DNA of 64,000 nucleotides from an uncultured Bacilli bacterium (GTDB lineage Bacteria; Bacillota_I; Bacilli_A; RF39; UBA660): NCBI GenBank assembly GCA_934120635.1, contig CAKOUR010000002.1, positions 22,006 to 86,005 of the forward strand, read 5' to 3'. Shown piece by piece: positions 57,224 to 64,000 of this stretch (position 1 is its first letter; each line of letters starts with the position of its first letter). The notes under the pieces were generated by a model. It saw only the letters and a program-made list of their open reading frames with translations, ran no database searches and was not told where the DNA came from. The position numbers and the translations under genes were made by a program.

Positions 57224-59353
57224 TTATCTTTCTTTTTCTACAATTTCATAAGCTTCAATAATATCTCCTGGTTTGATATCATTAAAGTTTTCGATGGTAA
57301 TTCCACATTCTATACCACTTTTTACTTCTTTTACTTGATCTTTTTCTCGAGCTACGGTATTGATTGCGCCATCATAAATGATTACGCCATCACGAATAAC
57401 TCTTGCTTTGGCATCTCTTTTAATTATTCCATTTGTGACCATAGAGCCTGCTATTGTTCCTACTTTAGAGAATTTAAATAATTTTCTTACTTCGGCATTT
57501 CCTAGAATCTGTTCTTCGAAGATTGGATCTAGTTTTCCTTTCATTGCGGCTTCTACTTCTTCTACTAATTTATAAATAATATTATAAAGACGAATATCTA
57601 CGTTTCTTTCTTTAGCAAAATCCATGGTTTTGTTATCTGGTCTGATATTAAAGCCGATGATAATTGCGTTACTTGCGGCGGCTAGGGTGATATCGGTTGG
57701 TGATACTGTTCCAATTCCACTACGAATAATATTGATATGTACTCCTTCAACATCTAGTTTTAGTAGAGAGTTTCTTACTGCTTCTTCACTACCTTTAACA
57801 TCTGCTTTTAAGATAACATTTATTTCTTTAGCTCCTTCATTAATTCGATTAAATAAATCATCTAAAGAAACTGTTTCTTGAGTTTGATTATTGTTGTTTT
57901 TTAATTTTAAAGCTCTTTCACTGGCAATAGATTTTGCTTTCTTTTCATTTTCAAATACCATAAATTTATCTCCAGCTGATGGACTTTCACTTAATCCGGT
58001 AATGGTAACTGGTGTACTTGGTTCTGCACTAACTAGTGATTCATTTAGATCATTTTTTAAAGTTCTAACCTTACCAGCACAAGTTCCTACAACAATAGCA
58101 TCTCCTAAACGAAGAGTTCCATTTTGAATTAGAAGGGTACTAACAACTCCTAGATTCTTATCCATTTTTGATTCGATTACTGTACCACTTGCGTAACGAT
58201 TTGGATTAGCTTTTAACTCTTCAAGGTCACTGATTAATAAAATTCGTTCTAGTAAATCGCTAATTCCCATTCCTGTTTTAGCAGAGATATTGACAAACAT
58301 TGTGTCGCCTCCCCATTCTTCTGGGATGATTCCTGATTCTGCCATTTCTGTTAATACTCTTTCTGGATTTGCATCTGGTTTATCCATTTTGTTTACGGCA
58401 ACAATAATTGGTACTCCTGCTGCTTTAGCATGATCAATTGCTTCTTTGGTTTGTGGCATTACCCCATCATCTGCTGCTACGATAATAATAACAATATCTG
58501 TAACACTTGCTCCTCTAGCTCTCATTTCTGTAAATGCAGCATGTCCTGGTGTATCAATAAATGTTAGTTTATTTCCTTGATAAGTAATTTGATATGCTCC
58601 TATTGCTTGGGTAATTCCCCCTGCTTCTCCTGATACTACATTTGTTTTTCTGATGGTATCTAGAAGAGTTGTTTTTCCATGATCAACATGTCCCATAATG
58701 GTAACGACAGGTGGACGTTTTACTAATTCTTCTTCGCTATCTTGAAGTTCTAACTCTTCAAAATTTACTTCATCTGTTGTTTCTTCTCTTTTTAATTCTC
58801 TACCAAAGTCGCTACTAATAATTGCAGCAGTATCAAAATCAATTACTTGATTTAAATTCATCATCATACCAAGTGACATTAATTTCTTAATAACTTCTCC
58901 TACTGATGTATTTAGTGCTGTAGCAAATTCTCCTACTGTCATTCCTTCTTTATAAAGAACTATACTATCATCTAATTGATAAGTATTTGATTTTAATTTA
59001 TCTTTATGCTTGTACATTTCTTTTCTTTGCTTTTTAAAATCATTTTTTTTATTTTGTGTTATATTTTTATTTTGTTTTTTCTTCTTTTTGGCTTGCTGTG
59101 TTTTATTATTTGAATTTTGATTAGGTACAAAATCTTTGCTACTTTCTATTAGTTCTTCTTCCTCTTCAATAATTTCTGCTTCGTCTGCTTGTTCTTCTTT
59201 TAAGTTTATAATCTCATTATCTAATAAAATAATGGCATCATCATCTAGTATATCTTCAGTGGATTGGACTTGTATTTTTAATTTTTTACATAACTCCATA
59301 ATTGTTGTTACATCTAAATTTACATCATTTGCATATTCTTTTACACTCATCAT
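57224..59353 (-). CDS. infB: translation initiation factor IF-2
   Basis: GTPase motifs [17 protein letters not shown] and NKMD, plus IF-2 C-terminal domains. 709 aa. Confidence 0.97.
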   Translation of the reverse strand: MMSVKEYANDVNLDVTTIMELCKKLKIQVQSTEDILDDDAIILLDNEIINLKEEQADEAEIIEEEEELIESSKDFVPNQNSNNKTQQAKKKKKQNKNITQNKKNDFKKQRKEMYKHKDKLKSNTYQLDDSIVLYKEGMTVGEFATALNTSVGEVIKKLMSLGMMMNLNQVIDFDTAAIISSDFGRELKREETTDEVNFEELELQDSEEELVKRPPVVTIMGHVDHGKTTLLDTIRKTNVVSGEAGGITQAIGAYQITYQGNKLTFIDTPGHAAFTEMRARGASVTDIVIIIVAADDGVMPQTKEAIDHAKAAGVPIIVAVNKMDKPDANPERVLTEMAESGIIPEEWGGDTMFVNISAKTGMGISDLLERILLISDLEELKANPNRYASGTVIESKMDKNLGVVSTLLIQNGTLRLGDAIVVGTCAGKVRTLKNDLNESLVSAEPSTPVTITGLSESPSAGDKFMVFENEKKAKSIASERALKLKNNNNQTQETVSLDDLFNRINEGAKEINVILKADVKGSEEAVRNSLLKLDVEGVHINIIRSGIGTVSPTDITLAAASNAIIIGFNIRPDNKTMDFAKERNVDIRLYNIIYKLVEEVEAAMKGKLDPIFEEQILGNAEVRKLFKFSKVGTIAGSMVTNGIIKRDAKARVIRDGVIIYDGAINTVAREKDQVKEVKSGIECGITIENFNDIKPGDIIEAYEIVEKER

Positions 59354-59374
59354 TTGAGCATCACCTCCAAATAT

Positions 59375-59632
59375 CTATATCATTTTCACTAACCCCTCAT
59401 AAATGCTATCTGGTATTTCTACTTCTAGCCTTCTATTTAATATTTTATTCTTTTGACATTTTTTTATAACCTCAAGATCTTTTTTTAAATAAGCTCCACG
59501 GCCATTCATTTTTCCTGTTGGATCAATAAAGACTTCTCCTTCTTTATTTCTTACAACACGAATTAATTGGTTTTTTTCTAATATTTCTCCAGTAACAATA
59601 CATTTACGCATTGGCACTTTCTTCATGATCAT
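59375..59632 (-). CDS. ylxR: YlxR/RnpM-family RNA-binding protein (DUF448)
   Basis: MRKCIVTGE...LIRVV...DPTGKMNGRGAYL is the DUF448 signature. The position between nusA and infB is typical. Confidence 0.85.
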   Translation of the reverse strand: MIMKKVPMRKCIVTGEILEKNQLIRVVRNKEGEVFIDPTGKMNGRGAYLKKDLEVIKKCQKNKILNRRLEVEIPDSIYEGLVKMI

Positions 59633-60773
59633 CCTCTACTTTCATAGTATTTTCTTTCTCTTCTTGTTCTTGTGATAATATTTCTTCTGCTGGTGCTATG
59701 TTAGAATATTTTTCACGATATTCTTCGATATTGACATCATCATAACCTTTTACTTCAATTTTATAATGAGTTAATCTTGATGCTAGTTTAACGTTTTGTC
59801 CTTTTTTTCCGATAGCTAATGATAAGTTATCTTTAGAAACGATAGCTATTGCTTCTTTTTTCTTATAGTCTTTAATAAATACTTCAATATCTTTAGATGG
59901 ACTTAAAGCATTTTTTATGAATTGGACTGGGTTTTTATCATATAGAATAACATCTATTTTTTCATTTCCTATTTGTTTTAGAACACGATTGATACGGTTT
60001 CCACCATTTCCAATTACACAACCTATTGGTTCAATATTTTCTTCTTCTGTATAAACAGCAATTTTACTTCTTGATCCTGCTTCACGAGCAACTGAATATA
60101 AAATTACTGTTCCATCATTAATTTCTGGAATTTCTATTTCTAATAATCTTTTTAAGAATCCATAGTGAGTTCTTGATAATAAGATAAAGACTCCTTTGGT
60201 TCCAATTTCTAGTTTAGAAACATATGCTTTTACTTGAGAACCCATTGCTAATTTTTCTCCTGGGATAATTTCATCTTTAGGTAGTAAACCGAATGTTTTT
60301 CCTAAATCTACATAATATGTTTTAGCATCTTCTCTTGCTAGAGTTCCTACGACTAATTCATCTTGTTTATCGCCTAATTCTTTTACAATTAAGTCTTTTT
60401 CTGCTTCTTTCATTCTTTGAACTACTACTTGTTTTGCTGTTCCTGCTGCTACTCGACCGAAATCAGTCATTTCAACTGGATCTTCAATCGTTTCTCCTAT
60501 TTCAATATCAGGGACTCTTTTTTTTGCTTCTGATAGAGAAATTTGGCTTTTTTCATCACGGAAGTTTTCATCTTCTACAACTGTACGGACAGAAAATAGT
60601 TTTATTTCTCCTGTTTCTGGATTTACCGTACATCTTGCAGGTCCACCTTTCTTTTTATAAGCAGCTGCCATGGCTTGTTCCATTGCTTCGATGACAATTT
60701 GTCTATCGATTCCTTTTTCTTCTACTATTGTATTTAGAGCTTTCATAAATTCTTTCATTTGTTTTTTATTCAT
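59604..60773 (-). CDS. nusA: transcription termination/antitermination factor NusA
   Basis: N-terminal domain (LNTIVEEKGIDRQIVIEAMEQAMAAAYKK), an S1 domain and two KH domains (IGKKGQNVKLASRLT). Start is ATG 60773 (SD AAAGGTGA). Confidence 0.95.
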   Translation of the reverse strand: MNKKQMKEFMKALNTIVEEKGIDRQIVIEAMEQAMAAAYKKKGGPARCTVNPETGEIKLFSVRTVVEDENFRDEKSQISLSEAKKRVPDIEIGETIEDPVEMTDFGRVAAGTAKQVVVQRMKEAEKDLIVKELGDKQDELVVGTLAREDAKTYYVDLGKTFGLLPKDEIIPGEKLAMGSQVKAYVSKLEIGTKGVFILLSRTHYGFLKRLLEIEIPEINDGTVILYSVAREAGSRSKIAVYTEEENIEPIGCVIGNGGNRINRVLKQIGNEKIDVILYDKNPVQFIKNALSPSKDIEVFIKDYKKKEAIAIVSKDNLSLAIGKKGQNVKLASRLTHYKIEVKGYDDVNIEEYREKYSNIAPAEEILSQEQEEKENTMKVEDDHEESANA

Positions 60774-61023
60774 TGTTATCACCTTTCTCTTTTGAAGATA
60801 TATCTAATATATAGCTATCACTTATGATATCGCTATTATCTAATAATGGATTAATAAGATGTGTTACTTCAACACATGTATCAATGTCTATTGGTTTAAT
60901 TCTATCAATTACAATTCTTAAGAAGTAATTATTTCCTTCTTTTTCATAAATAATGCTATCAATTGTGATTCCCATTTTATTGACTGGTTCTTCAATTAAT
61001 TTTCTGACTTTTTCTTCTATCAT
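60766..61023 (-). CDS. rimP: ribosome maturation factor RimP, short form (N-terminal domain only)
   Basis: 85 aa. EEPVNKMGITIDSIIYEKEGNNYFLRIVIDR...IDTCVEVTHLINPLLD...SYILDISS matches the RimP N-domain up to the (L)EVSSPG position, then the ORF stops and overlaps the nusA start. Confidence 0.7.
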   Translation of the reverse strand: MIEEKVRKLIEEPVNKMGITIDSIIYEKEGNNYFLRIVIDRIKPIDIDTCVEVTHLINPLLDNSDIISDSYILDISSKEKGDNNE

Positions 61024-61042
61024 ACATTCCTCCTAATATATA

Positions 61043-61070
61043 AAAAGTGGACTTTCATAAGGCCACTTTT
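61043..61070 (-). terminator. hairpin plus T-run between the pgm-like gene and rimP (terminator or leader attenuator)
   Basis: The minus strand reads AAAAGTGG-(12 nt)-CCACTTTTT. It lies downstream of a good promoter match and about 20 nt upstream of the rimP ATG, just 5' of its SD (AGGAGG). Confidence 0.5.
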
Positions 61071-61086
61071 TCTTCAAGATATATTG

Positions 61087-61115
61087 ATTATATCATATTT
61101 TCTCTGGTATAACAA
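61087..61115 (-). promoter_or_regulatory. candidate promoter of the rimP-nusA-ylxR-infB operon (TTGTTA-17 nt-TATAAT, with TG extension)
   Basis: The minus strand reads TTGTTATACCAGAGAAAATATGATATAAT. Confidence 0.55.
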
Positions 61116-61125
61116 GCATTTTTAG

Positions 61126-62490
61126 TTAGCTATTAATTAAGTTCATGAATTCTGTTTCTATTGCTTTTAATTTTTCTTCTGTTTTAGCTTCAAATCTAGC
61201 AGTAATATTTGGCCCTGTGTTAGATGCTCTTACTAAGGCTGAGCCATCTTCAAAGAAGACTTTTACTCCATCAACTAGTAAAATATGGTAGTGTTTTTCT
61301 TGACAGTATTCTTTGATTTGTTCTACTACTTTAAATTTAATTTCATCAGGAACTTGAACTTTGATTTCTGGGGTACTTTGATAGATAGGAATATTTTCTA
61401 ATAATTCTTTTATGGTTTTGTCTGTTTTTGATAGAATTTCAATTAACCTCAAGCCAGCATAAATTCCATCATCGTAGCCATTAAATTTATCTCTAAAGAA
61501 AACATGTCCTGATAATTCTCCAGAGAATGGATAATTTCCTTGATAACTTTTTTCTTTGGTGTAAGAGTTTCCTGTGCGATAAAATTCATTTTCTACTCCT
61601 AACTTATCTAGTTCTTCTTTTAAGGCTAAAGAGCACTTGATATCATAAAAAGTTTTCTTTTCTATGTTAGGAAGTGTTACTAAATATCTCCATACTAAAA
61701 TCATAAATTTATCTATAGGAAGAAATTCTCCTTTATTATCAATAATTCCTACTCTATCTCCATCTCCATCAAAAGCAATTCCTACATCAGCATGTAAAGT
61801 TTTTACTTTTTCTTTTAAAATACTTAAGTTTTCTTCTACTGCTGGATCTGGATGATGGTTAGGGAAATTAGAATCACTTGTATTAAATAGAGGGATTAAT
61901 TCTAATTTATCTTTAAAGGTATTGAAGATTTCATCTGCTACTATGGAAGTTGTTCCGTTCCCACAGTCATAAATTACTTTTAATTTTCTTTCTCCTAAAT
62001 CAATATTAGAAGTAATCATTTTGATATAGTCTTCTTTTATTTCTACTTCTTTTACTTCTCCTAATTGTTCTTCTGTGATAAAATCTTTATCTATTATCAT
62101 TTGATATAATTCTTTTGAACTATCTCCATAGGCATTATGAATACCATTGTATGAGAATTTAAACCCATTTTCATCTTTAGGATTATGAGATGCTGTAATC
62201 ATCATTCCACATGGGATATGTAATAAGTCCCATGCATAGTAATACATTGGTGTTGTAACTAATCCTAATCTTATTACATTTACTCCACTTTCACGAATTC
62301 CTTTTACTAATTCTTTTTCTAAACTAGGAGAGCTATATCGATTATCGTATCCTACTAGAGTTGTATCTTTATTTAGTCTTCTTAACTTTGTACCAAAAGC
62401 TTTACCTAAAAGATAGGCTAACTCTTCTGTAATATCTTTTCCATATACTCCTCTAATATCATATTCTCTAAATATATATTTATTTATCAT
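61126..62490 (-). CDS. phosphoglucomutase/phosphomannomutase family protein
   Basis: FREYDIRG N-terminus, active-site TASHNPKDENGFKF, metal loop FDGDGDR, and sugar-binding GELSGH. Confidence 0.9.
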   Translation of the reverse strand: MINKYIFREYDIRGVYGKDITEELAYLLGKAFGTKLRRLNKDTTLVGYDNRYSSPSLEKELVKGIRESGVNVIRLGLVTTPMYYYAWDLLHIPCGMMITASHNPKDENGFKFSYNGIHNAYGDSSKELYQMIIDKDFITEEQLGEVKEVEIKEDYIKMITSNIDLGERKLKVIYDCGNGTTSIVADEIFNTFKDKLELIPLFNTSDSNFPNHHPDPAVEENLSILKEKVKTLHADVGIAFDGDGDRVGIIDNKGEFLPIDKFMILVWRYLVTLPNIEKKTFYDIKCSLALKEELDKLGVENEFYRTGNSYTKEKSYQGNYPFSGELSGHVFFRDKFNGYDDGIYAGLRLIEILSKTDKTIKELLENIPIYQSTPEIKVQVPDEIKFKVVEQIKEYCQEKHYHILLVDGVKVFFEDGSALVRASNTGPNITARFEAKTEEKLKAIETEFMNLINS

Positions 62491-62514
62491 CGTTTTCCTT
62501 CTTTCTTTGTTTCT

Positions 62515-64000
62515 TTATTCTTCTGTGACTAAATAATTTTCAGATTGAACTTTACTAGAATTGTTATTATCGAATAATTCTGCGCATAGATTCTTTTCTG
62601 TACTATAAATTGAAATATTATTCTTTATAGTATCATTTCCCAAATTAACTAATTTATATTTATTATTTGTATCAGACCATGTCGCTTCTATTTCTATAGT
62701 ATAGCCAGAAGCAAAATCTATTGTACTTGGTAGAGATGGAATTTGTAAATAGTCATCTACTCCATCTAAAAATAATGCATATCTTTTTCCATCATATTTT
62801 AAATTTGCTCCATTTTGTAAAATACCATTATATCCATTTCCTGATAAATCTCTGGTCGTATTTTTAGTAAAGTCATACTCAAGTAAAGTAGTTTCATCTT
62901 TTAAAGTTAGTTTTATTTTATAAATATATCCTTTGAAATATTTTTCAGTATCTGAAGTAGGTTTCCCTATATAATTATTCGTTCTTTCGATATTTTTTAT
63001 TGTTGTATTTCCTAATGGGGTAGATTTTAATAGATTATTATCTTCACTATATAAAGAGATTTCTTTGGTATCATAAACTACTTTAAATTCTTGACTAATT
63101 TTATTTTCTACTTTTAAATTAATCATGTATTTATAGGTGTAACCAAAAGAATCTTTTAAAATGACTTTTATAGGATGTTCTCCAATATCTAGTTTAGTTG
63201 TATCTTGAATTTTATAAATTTCACAGCCACTTCCATTGTCATTACAAATAAGTTGATTATTTTCTATTTGTTCTCCTGGATTTATAGATTGTGTTATTGT
63301 TACCGTTGGCGCTATTGGAGTTATTTTTATTGCTCCATTTCCTTGCTTTGTGTAGTTTGTTGTTGGGGTATTTGATTTATTTGTAGTATTAAAAATTAGG
63401 TTAGATCTATCTTGGTTAATTTGACAATTATAACAATACATTATTTTATTATGTAATAATTCATTTCCAATATAGCCAAATTTATCACTTGATGTTTGAG
63501 CAGAGTTACTGGCTAAAATTAAAATCTTATTTAAATTTTCATTTGTTAGAGAAGATATTTTATCATCTTTTGTGATATAACTTGCTCTTTTTCCTATGTA
63601 ATCATCATTTTTTATATCGTTACTTGTACTAGATTTTGATCCTATAGTTAGATAAACTTTTTCTTTATTATTTAATATTATATTTCCTCTGGAGTATTCT
63701 CCATATTTTAAAGTTTCCCCTTTTGTATTTACTATTTCTGCACCCCATGCTTCTACTTGATAAACTCCTGTATGATCTGATGTAAAAGTTTGTGATAACC
63801 CAGTATAGGAATATATTAAACTAGATAGTGTAAAGTTGCTGTTTCCTTCTTCATAGCTAATATACCTTTTATTGATAGAGTCATAAGAGAAATCTACCTC
63901 TGATGTTGTGCCATTTATTAGAACTTTTCCATTTAAATATTCAATATCTTCTATACTTTTATTAGAACTTGCAACACCTATATTGACAATAACACTACTA
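62515..64000 (-). CDS. secreted/surface-type protein with C-terminal LamG/concanavalin-like domain (5' end beyond window)
   Basis: I translated the frame upstream of the track's ATG (63441) and it stays open to position 64000, so the gene is truncated by the window. C-terminal DLSGNGYNGILQNGANL...YALFLDGVDDYLQIPS is Laminin_G_3-like. The upstream part contains TGVYQVEAWGAE, reminiscent of glycine-rich-domain proteins. Confidence 0.8.
   Translation of the reverse strand, partial: SSVIVNIGVASSNKSIEDIEYLNGKVLINGTTSEVDFSYDSINKRYISYEEGNSNFTLSSLIYSYTGLSQTFTSDHTGVYQVEAWGAEIVNTKGETLKYGEYSRGNIILNNKEKVYLTIGSKSSTSNDIKNDDYIGKRASYITKDDKISSLTNENLNKILILASNSAQTSSDKFGYIGNELLHNKIMYCYNCQINQDRSNLIFNTTNKSNTPTTNYTKQGNGAIKITPIAPTVTITQSINPGEQIENNQLICNDNGSGCEIYKIQDTTKLDIGEHPIKVILKDSFGYTYKYMINLKVENKISQEFKVVYDTKEISLYSEDNNLLKSTPLGNTTIKNIERTNNYIGKPTSDTEKYFKGYIYKIKLTLKDETTLLEYDFTKNTTRDLSGNGYNGILQNGANLKYDGKRYALFLDGVDDYLQIPSLPSTIDFASGYTIEIEATWSDTNNKYKLVNLGNDTIKNNISIYSTEKNLCAELFDNNNSSKVQSENYLVTEE

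Overview
Very AT-rich Bacillota-type chromosomal segment that uses the standard code. It carries cell-wall genes (murC, mreCD, a sortase, a MurJ/SpoVB-like flippase) plus SpoVS and Cse60, so it looks like an Erysipelotrichales-like or related low-GC lineage. I cannot place it more precisely without a search. There are about 60 genes, roughly 85% on the minus strand. Most are housekeeping: rsmE'-murC-trmD-rimM, ymcA-miaB, lepA, glmS with its ribozyme, clpB, alaS, mreCD, hrcA-grpE-dnaK-dnaJ, map, T-box-controlled gltX, and rimP-nusA-ylxR-infB. No rRNA, tRNA, CRISPR array, transposase or integrase was seen. The points most worth follow-up are: (1) a self-contained 4.5-kb gene encoding a protein with no signal peptide, a 26-aa repeat array, a Pol-beta-type nucleotidyltransferase motif set and a C-terminal tail anchor; (2) a seven-gene map/trmR/trhP-like operon carrying three ORFs of unknown function; (3) a sortase with no Arg downstream of its catalytic Cys, in an operon with two paralogous polytopic membrane proteins, plus a distant Cna-B-type surface protein with no LPXTG; (4) a variant CIRCE operator (TTAGCAAT-N11-ATTGCTAA) wrapped around the -35 box of both the clpB and hrcA promoters; (5) a 2.1-kb AT-rich islet with a holin-like fragment between mreC and dnaJ. 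All calls come from reading the translations and DNA by eye. No homology search, fold prediction or composition calculation was run.
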